Numbered from the stretch's first letter, positions 15,573 to 24,943 are shown. The stretch: DNA of 42,581 nt from a virus (IMGVR_UViG_3300045988_019953:1-42581); one strand, 5' to 3'. Notes: generated by a model from the sequence alone, not told the origin. Made by a program: numbers and translations.

Positions 15573-15638
15573 ACTATTTATTTACTTATTCCAGTTATTC
15601 CACTCAATCGTAAATGTTGGAATAAACTATTTGAATAG

Positions 15639-15667
15639 TTGACTTTTCACTAAAAATATGCTAAGCT
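15639..15667 (+). promoter_or_regulatory. Sigma70-like promoter TTGACT-17-TAAGCT driving conserved element copy B
   Basis: 28 of 29 positions identical to promoter at 4305-4333. Confidence 0.55.
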
Positions 15668-15673
15668 CCACCT

Positions 15674-15870
15674 GAGCTTGTGAAGTATGAACAAGCGACC
15701 GCGGCGCGGGCAGGTAACGGAGCGGGACGTAAGTCCTGAGTGTAGTTACGCTGACGCGTTCGGAAGGGCCATACTCTATTGCTTGTGTAAAAAGTAACTG
15801 ATTTACTGAGATTGCGCCGTTTCTATGTTTAAATGATAAGGACTAGCGCCCCGCTTTACGGCGGGGCTTT
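15674..15870 (+). ncRNA. Candidate structured small RNA, copy B
   Basis: Conserved core shared with 4340-4450, bounded by promoter and terminator; no ORF. Confidence 0.35.
15848..15870 (+). terminator. Rho-independent terminator (GCCCCGC-TTTACG-GCGGGGC plus TTT)
   Basis: 7-bp GC stem followed by a short T tract; ends copy B just before the Rz-like gene. Confidence 0.5.
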
Positions 15871-15891
15871 ACTTATCGAGAAAGGAGAAAC

Positions 15892-16278
15892 ATGAATCTT
15901 AAAGCAACTGTCGTAGCGGGAGCATGTTTCATCATCCTGGCTTACACACACGGCATCTACCAGTACCGCAGCGGCTGGGCCGAAGGCCGGGCTAATCTCG
16001 TTTCGCAGCAACAGCAGAAAGCACAGGCTGAGTTAGCGAAGAAAACACAACGGCAGCAGCAGGATGAATCGAAGGCAGCCGCCGCTGACAACGAAGGCAA
16101 GACGAAATCAGAGGTGATTACCCGTGAAGTCGTTAAGTACATCAAAACGCCTGGCCGCAGCGTGTGCACTTTCGATGATGCTCGCGTCCTGCTCAAGTCC
16201 CGCGCCGTCACAAATGCCAACTCCATCCCCGGATATGACGATGATGCAGCCGCCGTGCAAACTGGCCCCGCCAAGTAG
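15892..16278 (+). CDS. i-spanin (Rz-like)
   Basis: 128 aa; N-terminal TM (VVAGACFIILAY), Q-rich coiled coil, periplasmic C-terminus; contains an out-of-frame lipoprotein ORF. Confidence 0.7.
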   Translation: MNLKATVVAGACFIILAYTHGIYQYRSGWAEGRANLVSQQQQKAQAELAKKTQRQQQDESKAAAADNEGKTKSEVITREVVKYIKTPGRSVCTFDDARVLLKSRAVTNANSIPGYDDDAAAVQTGPAK

Positions 16279-16387
16279 CGATGCTGACGAGGATTTAGCT
16301 ATCGACGTTCAGAATGCTGAATGCGTACGGCAACTGCGCTTGAAGGTGTTCATGTTGCAGGATTACGTGAGGAATATTCTGGAATAG
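16124..16387 (+). CDS. o-spanin (Rz1-like lipoprotein), overlapped with i-spanin in another frame
   Basis: GTG start after GAGGTG; signal peptide with lipobox LASC; proline-rich mature region. Confidence 0.7.
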   Translation: MKSLSTSKRLAAACALSMMLASCSSPAPSQMPTPSPDMTMMQPPCKLAPPSSDADEDLAIDVQNAECVRQLRLKVFMLQDYVRNILE

Positions 16388-16469
16388 TTGCCTTGCATGT
16401 TGGAATAATTTATTCTTGACATGTAAATCCGGGTGGCCCGGGTTCCAACGTCCAGGGGACATACTGACT

Positions 16470-17171
16470 ATGAATCGTTTTTTACGTTATCCGTTCCAGG
16501 AAGAAGCTGGAGCAGAAGATAAAGCCGGTGGTGGTGACGCACCAAAAATGTTCACCGCTGAAGAAGTTCAGGCGCTGATTGAGAAAGAAGTTGCCGGGCT
16601 TAAGGCTAATCAGGAAGCATTGCTGGCGGAGAAGAAAGAAGCCGCTCGTAAAGCAAAAGAGGCCGAAGAAGAACGGCAGCGCGCACACCAGGAGGCGTTA
16701 AAAGCCGCTGGTAAGATGGATGAGTTCGAAAAAACGATTCGTAGCCAGTATGACCCGGTGTTAGCTGAGAAAGATGGCCGTATCTCCAAGATGGCAGAGC
16801 GCATCCTCGGCAGCGAACGTAAAGCGGTGTTAGGCTCTTTCGCAGGTGACTTCATCACCCCGGAAGCAGTGGACATTCTTGCGCCGTTCGTTAAGACTGA
16901 GTTCGAAGGCGATGACGTGGTTACTAAGTTTGTTGACGCAGACGGTAACGTAATCACGACTGACCCGGAACAGTTCCGCAAATACCTGCGGGAACACAAA
17001 GCATTTTCGCATTTGATCAAAGCAAATGCAGCTTCCGGCGGCGGGGCTTCCGGTAGTAAAGGCGGCGGGGCCGCACCAGCGTTTAAAGACATGAGTGAAG
17101 CGGAGCGTTTAGCTCTGTATAAATTGAACCCTGCCGAATTTGAACGGCAACTTAAAGCCCTGAGGAAATAA
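16470..17171 (+). CDS. Scaffolding protein
   Basis: ATG 16470 after AGGGGA; charged alpha-helical E/K/A-rich sequence; immediately upstream of major capsid gene. Confidence 0.6.
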   Translation: MNRFLRYPFQEEAGAEDKAGGGDAPKMFTAEEVQALIEKEVAGLKANQEALLAEKKEAARKAKEAEEERQRAHQEALKAAGKMDEFEKTIRSQYDPVLAEKDGRISKMAERILGSERKAVLGSFAGDFITPEAVDILAPFVKTEFEGDDVVTKFVDADGNVITTDPEQFRKYLREHKAFSHLIKANAASGGGASGSKGGGAAPAFKDMSEAERLALYKLNPAEFERQLKALRK

Positions 17172-17173
17172 TA

Positions 17174-18223
17174 ATGGCAATTACCACTATCGGCGATATC
17201 GTAACTGGCAACATCCCGGTCCTGGCGTCTTACATGACCGAGGACCCGGTAGAAAAAACCGCGTTCTTCCAGTCTGGTATTCTGGCCCCGACCCCATACG
17301 CTGCCGAGATTGCCCGCGGCCCGTCCAATATCGCTAATATTCCTTTCTGGAAAGCGATTGATACTTCTATTGAGCCTAACTACTCGAACGACGTATACCA
17401 GGACATCGCCACCCCGCGTAACGTGCAAACCGGCGAGATGATGGCGCGCGTTGCGTACCTGAACGAAGGCTTCGGTCAGGCGGATTTGACCGTTGAACTG
17501 ACCAGCCAGAACCCGCTGCAATCTGTGGCTTCTCGCCTGGATAACTTTTGGCAGCGCCAGGCACAACGCCGCCTTATTGCTACCGCGCTCGGTCTGTACA
17601 ACGACAACGTAGCCGCTACCGACGCATACCACGAGCAGAATGACATGGTAATCGACGTGTCTGCTACTCTGGGCTTCGATGCAGGCGCGTTCATCGACGC
17701 TACCCAGACTATGGGCGATGCGCTGATGGGCAACGGCGGTGAAGTGCTGGGCGCTATCGCGATGCACAGCTTCGTTTATGCACAGGCCCGTAAGCAGCAG
17801 CTTATTGACTTCATCAAAGACGCTGACAACGACACCCTGTTCGCCACCTACCAGGGCTACCGCGTGATTGTTGACGACAGCATGACCGTAGTTGGCACAG
17901 GCGCAAGCCGCAAGTTCATTTCCATCATCTTCGGCAACGGCGCTATCGGTTACGGTGAAGGTTCTCCGTCCAACCCACTGGAATACGAGCGCGAAGCGTC
18001 TCGCGGCAACGGTGGTGGCGTAGAAACCCTGTGGACTCGCAAGACCTGGTTGCTGCACCCACTGGGCTACAGCTTCACCAGCGCGGTAATCACCGGCAAC
18101 GGCACCGAGACTGTCGCACGCTCTGCTTCCTGGCAGGACCTGGCGAATGCCTCCAACTGGAACCGTGTTGTTGAACGTAAGCACGTACCGATTGCCTTCC
18201 TGGTAACTGGTGTCGGGGCTTAA
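17174..18223 (+). CDS. Major capsid protein
   Basis: 349 aa after scaffold gene, followed by a strong terminator; assignment by position and size. Confidence 0.7.
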   Translation: MAITTIGDIVTGNIPVLASYMTEDPVEKTAFFQSGILAPTPYAAEIARGPSNIANIPFWKAIDTSIEPNYSNDVYQDIATPRNVQTGEMMARVAYLNEGFGQADLTVELTSQNPLQSVASRLDNFWQRQAQRRLIATALGLYNDNVAATDAYHEQNDMVIDVSATLGFDAGAFIDATQTMGDALMGNGGEVLGAIAMHSFVYAQARKQQLIDFIKDADNDTLFATYQGYRVIVDDSMTVVGTGASRKFISIIFGNGAIGYGEGSPSNPLEYEREASRGNGGGVETLWTRKTWLLHPLGYSFTSAVITGNGTETVARSASWQDLANASNWNRVVERKHVPIAFLVTGVGA

Positions 18224-18239
18224 GGTTAAGATATAATCG

Positions 18240-18263
18240 AGAGGGACTTCGGTCCCTCTTTTC
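18240..18263 (+). terminator. Rho-independent terminator (AGAGGGAC-TTCG-GTCCCTCT plus TTTT)
   Basis: 8-bp stem with UUCG loop and T tract after capsid gene. Confidence 0.7.
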
Positions 18264-18282
18264 ATTTACTAAGAGGTAAATT

Positions 18283-18582
18283 ATGGCCAAGACCGGAAAA
18301 GGCTTGCCACGCAGCCTTCAGAATGTCGATTTCGGCGACTTTGATATCCCAGTCACGCCTGCGACTACCAGCGTAGTCGGTGGGGTTAAAAAGTCAGCTA
18401 CTGTGGCTGCACCTGCGGCCATTACCGCCGCCGCCGGGGCGCAGTCCGCTGCTGAACCTACTAAAGTCGAGTTCGATGCCCTTGTAGCGGAGTACAACAA
18501 ACTCCGAACTGATGTTACCGCACTGCGCACTACCGTAGCAAATCTGTTGACCGCGCTTAAAAACGCAGGAACTGTAAGCTAA
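18283..18582 (+). CDS. Hypothetical head-associated protein (Ala-rich)
   Basis: 99-aa track ORF in structural block. Confidence 0.5.
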   Translation: MAKTGKGLPRSLQNVDFGDFDIPVTPATTSVVGGVKKSATVAAPAAITAAAGAQSAAEPTKVEFDALVAEYNKLRTDVTALRTTVANLLTALKNAGTVS

Positions 18583-18594
18583 AGGAGCTTAAAA

Positions 18595-18948
18595 ATGGTT
18601 GATGTAATCAAACGTCGCATTACTGGTGTTTCTGATGATTCTCCTGCCGATGGTCAGGTTGAAATCGATATGGAAAATATCTCGCCAGCATCTTTTTCTA
18701 CCTCGCTCGCGGCTACTACCGCTGTTACCGCACCGGCGGCATTGACTCTTACCGTCGTGGCAACCGGCGGCCTGGCTCCTTATTCCTATCAGTGGTTCAA
18801 GGATAACAACGCCATCGCTGGCGCTACTGCGGCTACGTACACCAAATCAACCACCGTCGCGTCTACCGACTCCGGTACGTATAAAGTGGTTGTTCAGGAC
18901 GTATATGGTAATATTATCTCCAGTAGCTCCGTAGTAACTGTATCTTAA
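18595..18948 (+). CDS. Ig-like domain protein (possible decoration protein)
   Basis: Segment LTLTVVATGGLAPYSYQWFKDNNAIAGATAATYT...GTYKVVV resembles Ig-like domains. Confidence 0.55.
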   Translation: MVDVIKRRITGVSDDSPADGQVEIDMENISPASFSTSLAATTAVTAPAALTLTVVATGGLAPYSYQWFKDNNAIAGATAATYTKSTTVASTDSGTYKVVVQDVYGNIISSSSVVTVS

Positions 18949-18984
18949 TACAACGGCCCTTCGGGGCCGTAATAAGGAAAGGTC

Positions 18985-19164
18985 ATGGCAGATAATTACG
19001 TAATCCGCGAAAAGTACACCCACGTTGATGTTGTTGATGGGCAGGTGATGCCGGTTCGCGGTGTTGTAGGAGCGGATGAACTGGTTGCGACCCAATCGGA
19101 CAGCGAAGAAGCGCACAACAACGGCGGCGGTACTAAGCGTCGTCGCCGTAAGTCAGAGGAATAA
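18985..19164 (+). CDS. Small structural-module protein (59 aa) with basic C-terminus
   Basis: ATG after AGGAAAGG; ends GGGTKRRRRKSEE; one codon below track threshold. Confidence 0.45.
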   Translation: MADNYVIREKYTHVDVVDGQVMPVRGVVGADELVATQSDSEEAHNNGGGTKRRRRKSEE

Positions 19165-19167
19165 TTT

Positions 19168-19680
19168 ATGCCGCTAATCGTGGAAACGGGAGAAATCGTC
19201 CCTAATGCTGACAGTTACATTAGTCTGGCCGACGCCTGCGCGTTAGCGGCTAATTATGGCCTTGAGCTGCCGGAAGACGATACCGCAGCAGAGGTGGCCT
19301 TGCGCAATGGCGCTACTTATGTCGGGCTTGCAGAACCGCAGATGTGCGGTCGCCGGGTGTCGGCAGAACAGTCTCTGGCGTATCCTCGCACTGGTGTTAC
19401 GTTAAACGGGTTCCCTGTAGCGAACAATGTCATCCCGAAGCAGGTGATTCTTGCGCAGGTAATCGCCGCCGTTACGTACGGTGCTGGTACTGAGGTGCGG
19501 GCTAACTCAGATGGGCGTTCCGTGCAGACCGAGCGTGTTGAGGGTGCCGTAACAGTGACGTACTTCAACAACGGCAGCAGTGGCGCTACAACCGCGATTA
19601 CCGCTGCGGACGACGCCTTACGCCCGTTATTGTGCGGTGGGCTTAACAATGGCTTCTCGTTTAACGTGTACCGGGGTTAA
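19168..19680 (+). CDS. Putative head-tail connector or head completion protein
   Basis: 170-aa track ORF between head and tail genes; assignment by position only. Confidence 0.4.
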   Translation: MPLIVETGEIVPNADSYISLADACALAANYGLELPEDDTAAEVALRNGATYVGLAEPQMCGRRVSAEQSLAYPRTGVTLNGFPVANNVIPKQVILAQVIAAVTYGAGTEVRANSDGRSVQTERVEGAVTVTYFNNGSSGATTAITAADDALRPLLCGGLNNGFSFNVYRG

Positions 19681-19683
19681 AAA

Positions 19684-20298
19684 ATGGCAAAGACTAAATC
19701 AGAGATGTTCACCCTTATCGGTGCGAACCTCCCCGATAACACCACCGGACTTATTACCCCCGCGAAGCTACGCGAGGTAATGACGCAGATGGCTGACTCG
19801 CCAATTTACACCACTCCGGGTGTTAAAGAGGTTGAAGTTCTCCGTGCCGCGTCTACTGCAACCCAAGCGCCTACCGCGGTAGACACAGCATTGCAGATAG
19901 CATTCGGAGCTGCTCAGGGTAGTGCATCTGACCCGGTAATGATTAATGCCGCGGGGCTGGTTACATTCAACACCGCTGGTAACTACGCCGTTCGCATCAA
20001 GTTACAGGCAGGGCGCACAGGGGCTAGTGGAACGTCCATCCTGTTATCACGCATTCTTCTTAACGGCACTCAGTACGGTTCCCCCGCAGCAACTAAGCTG
20101 GTAAGCGCCGACGTAACAATCCCAATCGAATCCCGCGTGGTTATCAATCCAACCGCAGGCCAGACGTTTGCCGTTCAGATTATGCGAGATAGTGCAGGAA
20201 GCAACTTCGGTGGCGTATACCCACAAGCGGCTACTGTAACCGCATGGGGTACAGCACCATCTGCGCTACTGGTTATCTCGAGACTGGAGGCCGCGTAA
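19684..20298 (+). CDS. Hypothetical structural protein
   Basis: 204-aa track ORF. Confidence 0.5.
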   Translation: MAKTKSEMFTLIGANLPDNTTGLITPAKLREVMTQMADSPIYTTPGVKEVEVLRAASTATQAPTAVDTALQIAFGAAQGSASDPVMINAAGLVTFNTAGNYAVRIKLQAGRTGASGTSILLSRILLNGTQYGSPAATKLVSADVTIPIESRVVINPTAGQTFAVQIMRDSAGSNFGGVYPQAATVTAWGTAPSALLVISRLEAA

Positions 20299-20411
20299 TG
20301 GAGGTTAAAAAACTCCGCGTAATAAAACGTAGTTACGGTCATAAGAAGCGGTTGTCTGATGCAAGTAAGGAATTAGCCAACATTCTTTCGACCAAGAGAG
20401 GGTTAGAATGA
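20298..20411 (+). CDS. Small basic protein (37 aa)
   Basis: Start overlaps upstream stop (TAATG); stop overlaps next start (ATGA). Confidence 0.35.
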   Translation: MEVKKLRVIKRSYGHKKRLSDASKELANILSTKRGLE

Positions 20412-20767
20412 GCACCGCTTTCAGTAAACGTATGCAAGACGTTGGTACACGCCTGCTAACCAAATTTGGTAGCACGGTATCTCTGATTCGCGCTGGCTCG
20501 AAAGTGTGGGATGAAGTCCTCGGCGAGTACGTCTGGTCCGCGGATGAAGTGTTGCCGTTAAAGGCCGTTCCGGTTCCGGTTAATGCCGGACTGGTGAACG
20601 GTACGACGATTCAGGCTGGCGACATGATTGTTAAAGCGGATTGTGGTGTCGTTCCGAAGCTGGAGGACAAGGTGCAATTCGGTGGCGAGCAATGGTCTGT
20701 CGTAGCCATTGAGAAGAAGATGGTTAACGATGGCACCGTGGTATACTTTATTCAGGTGCGCAAATGA
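20408..20767 (+). CDS. Hypothetical head-tail joining protein
   Basis: 119-aa track ORF, coupled to neighbours. Confidence 0.5.
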   Translation: MSTAFSKRMQDVGTRLLTKFGSTVSLIRAGSKVWDEVLGEYVWSADEVLPLKAVPVPVNAGLVNGTTIQAGDMIVKADCGVVPKLEDKVQFGGEQWSVVAIEKKMVNDGTVVYFIQVRK

Positions 20768-21162
20768 CAGCATTTGAACAGTCTATTCAGAATTTTATAA
20801 AGAAGGCCAAAAAGAACCCTGAACTGGTGGTTCGCCAGGTCACGATTAAATTGTATTCTCAGATTATAATGGCAAGTCCCGTTGACACGGGTAGATTCAG
20901 GATGAATTGGCAGGTCAGTAATAGCAAGCCAGCAACGGGTGTTTTAATAGCAGACGACCCTTCCGGGAGCAGAGCTATAGGTCGGATGACAAATTACGTT
21001 ATATCATCTCCTGAGTGGGAAAATTTCTGTTTTACAAATAATTTGCCATATGCGGAAAGGTTAGAATACGGGTACTCACAACAAGCACCTCAAGGCATGG
21101 TCCGTGTGACTGTCGCCAGATTTCAACGTCTACTCAATGAAGCTGCGGCGAGGGCAGATTGA
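20764..21162 (+). CDS. Hypothetical tail-module protein
   Basis: 132-aa track ORF with overlapping start/stop. Confidence 0.5.
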   Translation: MTAFEQSIQNFIKKAKKNPELVVRQVTIKLYSQIIMASPVDTGRFRMNWQVSNSKPATGVLIADDPSGSRAIGRMTNYVISSPEWENFCFTNNLPYAERLEYGYSQQAPQGMVRVTVARFQRLLNEAAARAD

Positions 21163-21575
21163 TGGGCTATTTCGAGGACTTAACAAAAGCGTTCGATGTG
21201 CCGCTGGTAGCTTTCGGAACCGCCAACGGCATCAAGGTCGCGCTTGAAAACATCGACGCGCCGACGTCAACCGATACGCCGTACCTGGCAAGTTACATGC
21301 TACTTGCGGATACCGAGCAGGCGGATTTGTTCTTCACGGAACAGCGCTCTGGTATCTATCAGGTCGACATTAACTATGCATCGGTGAAAGGTAGCGCGCC
21401 AATCAATAAAATGGCAGACTTACTTAACACGGCGTTTAAAGCAGGTAAGTCATTTTCACGTAACGACATCTGCGCCGAGGTTCAATCGGTTAGCCTGGGG
21501 CCGCTGATTGTAGAAAACGGATGGGCCAAACGGCCATTGTCAATTAACTTTATCGCATTCACCAAGAGGCTGTGA
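21159..21575 (+). CDS. Hypothetical tail completion protein
   Basis: 138-aa track ORF. Confidence 0.5.
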   Translation: MMGYFEDLTKAFDVPLVAFGTANGIKVALENIDAPTSTDTPYLASYMLLADTEQADLFFTEQRSGIYQVDINYASVKGSAPINKMADLLNTAFKAGKSFSRNDICAEVQSVSLGPLIVENGWAKRPLSINFIAFTKRL

Positions 21576-21577
21576 AT

Positions 21578-22744
21578 ATGGCTACAACTCCTTTTAAGGG
21601 CGCGAATACCGCGCAATTCTATGTGGCGGAAGTGACCCCGGGCGTAACACCAAGTAACCCGGTCTGGTCGCCGTTGCGAAACACCGGCGGCGTTCCTGCG
21701 GTAACCCGCGACGCGCTGACTTCCAACGAACTCGACGGCAGCAGAGAAACCACATCCATCCGCACCGGTAACAAGCAGGTTAGTGGTGAGTACGCCATCG
21801 AACTTAGCTCACGTAGCCAGGATGATTTCCTCGCGGGCGCGATGACGTCTACGTGGCAAGCTGGGGTAGAGATTACGGGCGCAGAAATTACGGTTACCCC
21901 AGCAGGTAAAACATTTACCCGCGCTGCCGGTAGCTTCATTACTGACGGTGTAGAAGTTGGCGACCTGATTGCGTTCACCGACTTAACCGGCGACAACGCA
22001 AAACCGTTTATCGTGACCGCGGTCGAGGCGCTCGTAGTAACAGGCGCAGGCATTCAGCACACGCTGACAGCGGAGACTGTAACCACCGACGCTAAAACTG
22101 GCGACAAGCTGGAAACCGGTAACGCATGTAAGACGTTCTCCATCCTGACATGGTTCAAAGGACAGTGTGGGAACCCTGACGCGTACATGTTGACCAAAGG
22201 CGTGGAAATCTCCGGTTTCACCATTGAACAGGCCGTAAACGCGATGGTGACAGGCAGCTTCCCGTTCATAGGCCTGAGTCAGGAGATTCTTACCGCGCCG
22301 CCGTCTGGTTCTGATTTCTCTCAGGTTACGTTCGCCGATGAGCCGTTCTCATCTGTCGACGTTTCTGTGTTCGACGGTTCTACGCCGTTGCGTTGCGATA
22401 CTCTGACCATCACCAACGACAACGGTGCTTCCGCGCAGTTCGAACTCGGCAATAGTAGCGTTGCGTTCGTGGAACGTGGTCGCGCGGCTAACACCTTCTC
22501 CATCTCCGGTAAGCTGTATGACATGGCGATGATTCAGAAGTTTATCAACGAGCAGCAGGTAGAGATTAATTCTATTCTGGCGGGGGTAAACGGAGCTATG
22601 TCTTTCAGTTTGAAACGCGCGGAACTCACGGCGGTTACACCTGAGATTGGCGGACCTGAGTCAATCACTCAGTCCATTGAAGGCCAGGCTACCGGCAACC
22701 AGTACCAGTCGTCTATTGTTATCCAGCGTATCACCTACGCATAA
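21578..22744 (+). CDS. Putative major tail protein
   Basis: ATG 21578 after AAGAGG; last large gene before the chaperone/tape-measure block; ends at a strong terminator. Confidence 0.5.
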   Translation: MATTPFKGANTAQFYVAEVTPGVTPSNPVWSPLRNTGGVPAVTRDALTSNELDGSRETTSIRTGNKQVSGEYAIELSSRSQDDFLAGAMTSTWQAGVEITGAEITVTPAGKTFTRAAGSFITDGVEVGDLIAFTDLTGDNAKPFIVTAVEALVVTGAGIQHTLTAETVTTDAKTGDKLETGNACKTFSILTWFKGQCGNPDAYMLTKGVEISGFTIEQAVNAMVTGSFPFIGLSQEILTAPPSGSDFSQVTFADEPFSSVDVSVFDGSTPLRCDTLTITNDNGASAQFELGNSSVAFVERGRAANTFSISGKLYDMAMIQKFINEQQVEINSILAGVNGAMSFSLKRAELTAVTPEIGGPESITQSIEGQATGNQYQSSIVIQRITYA

Positions 22745-22748
22745 AACT

Positions 22749-22772
22749 AAGGCCCCTTTCGGGGCCTTTTTC
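22749..22772. terminator. Bidirectional terminator (AAGGCCCC-TTTC-GGGGCCTT)
   Basis: Same 16-mer core as 15250-15265; T tract on plus strand, A/T-rich on the other side. Confidence 0.65.
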
Positions 22773-23003
22773 TTACTCATCAATATTGCTTCGGTATTCC
22801 CGTAACTTCTCCAGACTTTCAATTGCTTCCGCTAAGTCGGTTCCTGTGTCCTTGTGCCCCCGCAAGCCCATACATAATAGCTTCTTCAATGCGTGCTGTA
22901 GCGCCGGGTCCCGGATATCGAAGGCGCGTAGCACATCGTAAACGTCTACAGTCATAGTGCTGCCGTGAGTGTTTGTCATTGTGCGGTTGTATTTTGAAGT
23001 CAT
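22773..23003 (-). CDS. Hypothetical protein (76 aa), last gene of the minus-strand island
   Basis: Track ORF downstream of the island HNH gene. Confidence 0.5.
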   Translation of the reverse strand: MTSKYNRTMTNTHGSTMTVDVYDVLRAFDIRDPALQHALKKLLCMGLRGHKDTGTDLAEAIESLEKLREYRSNIDE

Positions 23004-23012
23004 CTCTAAGCC

Positions 23013-23513
23013 CTATTTATAACCGTTGTTGAATGTTGTCAGCCCGTGGTTTATGTGGAATTTATTGGCTACGGACATGTAAATTCTTTCCGCGAAAGCG
23101 TCCTCTATTCTGTCAAATGTTTTACTAATCTGCTTACCGTTGACAACGGCATACGCTCTCCACTTAGTTTCTCCTTTCCGCGCCACGCCAGTAACTCCAG
23201 ATGTATTATCTTTGCGCCTTTTCACGTTAACCATGTTGTCCCTTCTTGATTTGCAGGACAGGTTTTCAATTCTGTCATCACATGTATCATGGTTAGTGTG
23301 GTCTATGACAAATCCTTTTGGAATCTTGCCGGAGAACATCTCGTACACCACCCTCGACCTTTTAAACTTACGGTTGCCGAACATGACGTACCAATAGCCG
23401 TTTTTACACAAACTCCCGGCAACATCCCCTACATTCACATCGTTACGGCGACATGATTTGACTTTCCAGTATAGGACGCCGTTTTTGTAGCTAAAAACCT
23501 CACTCCAGTCCAT
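23013..23513 (-). CDS. HNH homing endonuclease (HNH plus AP2-like region), copy 1 of 4
   Basis: Motif GFVIDHTNHDTCDDRIENL...NMVNVKRRKDNTSGVTGV shared with ORFs at 34358, 36269, 39992. Confidence 0.8.
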   Translation of the reverse strand: MDWSEVFSYKNGVLYWKVKSCRRNDVNVGDVAGSLCKNGYWYVMFGNRKFKRSRVVYEMFSGKIPKGFVIDHTNHDTCDDRIENLSCKSRRDNMVNVKRRKDNTSGVTGVARKGETKWRAYAVVNGKQISKTFDRIEDAFAERIYMSVANKFHINHGLTTFNNGYK

Positions 23514-23528
23514 CCTTTCACCTACATT

Positions 23529-24683
23529 TTAGTATGTTGATTCGGGGTTTATATCCCGCAGCATTTCAACAGGTATACTTATGCGGGACACCTCACCGTA
23601 TCGCTTATGGTATGTAATCACATTTGCGCTTCTACCGGAATAATAACCTCCTTTACTAGAATACTCATCTTTAGCGGCTAATGTCTGATGTTGCTCGACA
23701 ATTAGAAGATTAGTCTCTTTAACCGCCCTGTGATGAAGGTGGCCTGTATGGACGTAGGTGAACTTACACTGCCCGTACATCTCCCGATACTTACCGATTA
23801 TAGACTGCTCTACCTTAGCAAAGTTAGAGCAATGCCCATGGTGCGCCGAAATCATACAATCCCCGAACTTGTACGCATAATACGGCGATACCTCCCGGTT
23901 AACCTCAACACGAGGCTCGTTTGTGTATACCTCATAGAACATCTCTCTGAGCCACAGAGAAGAACTAAGGTCGTGGTTACCCTCGCAGATAAGAAGTTTA
24001 ACCTTTTTGTGTTTTCGCAAGCACAGCGAAACCGCCAGCTTTATAACCTTAATAGCTGTACGTATCATTTTAAACAAGCGACTATCCGCTGAAAGAATAT
24101 GACCGCTCATAGGGGTCATTGCCTTCATGCCGTCGTAGTGCATCTGGTCGCCTAAGAAATTAATGATACATTCACCACTCTGCGGACTCATGCAAACCGC
24201 ACTGTTGAACCAGTCAACAGCAAGAGATTCCGCGATTGTGGTGTCGTAGTCGTCTCCGCCTTCTTCTTGACACGCCAGCATCCCGATGTGATGGTCAGTT
24301 ATTGTGTAAAGATTTAATAAGTCGTCATCTGTGCCATTTTTGGCCAAAGTGACAGGCTTAAACCTGGGTAAATCTTTTTTCATCTCATCCACAACGGCTT
24401 TCATCAACTCAACCTGACGTTCGGCGTCAGTGTCAGTCTTAACCCATTGCAGTTTAGTGTTGCCGAACTCGTCCACAAGTGACGACGTGCCTTTAATCTT
24501 GTAACCGTCAGGGACGAGGTGGCTAACGTCGCGCCCGTGGCCCACGCCTTTCTTTGCCAGCTTCGCTTTACGGATACGAATAACGCGGTCTGAGATGCCG
24601 TATTTACGGGCGATATCGATATTCTTCATTCCGGCGTTCAATTCTTCCTGTAACTGTTCGTCGGTTATTTTCTTCCGGGCCAT
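23529..24683 (-). CDS. Calcineurin-like metallophosphoesterase with N-terminal HTH
   Basis: Ordered motifs TDHH, GDQMHYDG, EGNHD, HHGH, GHLHH; N-terminal NIDIARKYGISDRVIRIRK is HTH-like; RBS GAGGA. Confidence 0.75.
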   Translation of the reverse strand: MARKKITDEQLQEELNAGMKNIDIARKYGISDRVIRIRKAKLAKKGVGHGRDVSHLVPDGYKIKGTSSLVDEFGNTKLQWVKTDTDAERQVELMKAVVDEMKKDLPRFKPVTLAKNGTDDDLLNLYTITDHHIGMLACQEEGGDDYDTTIAESLAVDWFNSAVCMSPQSGECIINFLGDQMHYDGMKAMTPMSGHILSADSRLFKMIRTAIKVIKLAVSLCLRKHKKVKLLICEGNHDLSSSLWLREMFYEVYTNEPRVEVNREVSPYYAYKFGDCMISAHHGHCSNFAKVEQSIIGKYREMYGQCKFTYVHTGHLHHRAVKETNLLIVEQHQTLAAKDEYSSKGGYYSGRSANVITYHKRYGEVSRISIPVEMLRDINPESTY

Positions 24684-24721
24684 GCTTACGTCCTCGTGTT
24701 TAGGATTTGTCCTATACTAGC

Positions 24722-24913
24722 TTACTTCTCGTTAACATTCGAGTTGCACGCCCAGATTAAAATAAATACCCACGGCAGTAGAATCCAACCAAGAAACAGG
24801 TTAGCCATGAATATCGCCAACTTCGCTTTATGATTACGGAAGTACGCAACCAGGAAAGGCGCAAAATAGGCGAGTAGTGCAAACAGAATTAAGGAAACTG
24901 GTAAACTGGACAT
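24722..24913 (-). CDS. Small membrane protein (two TM segments)
   Basis: ATG 24911-24913 after AAGGGG; hydrophobic throughout; track lists an upstream ATG 24928. Confidence 0.5.
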   Translation of the reverse strand: MSSLPVSLILFALLAYFAPFLVAYFRNHKAKLAIFMANLFLGWILLPWVFILIWACNSNVNEK

Positions 24914-24943
24914 TTTAAACCCCTTCATTGTTGGTGTAAGTGA

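Noticed and set aside
15614-15625. 12-mer ATGTTGGAATAA repeated at 15614-15625 and 16398-16409, each upstream of a TTGAC hexamer
   Set aside because: Exact 12-mer pairs are expected many times by chance in a 42-kb sequence, and the spacing to the -35 differs (13 versus 7 nt), so I do not treat it as a regulatory motif.
16610-18265. 551-aa minus-strand ORF in the track
   Set aside because: It lies antisense across the scaffold and major capsid genes, which have RBSs, synteny and a terminator; it has no RBS and is low-complexity (Ala/Arg/Ser/Val-rich) as expected for a shadow frame of coding DNA.
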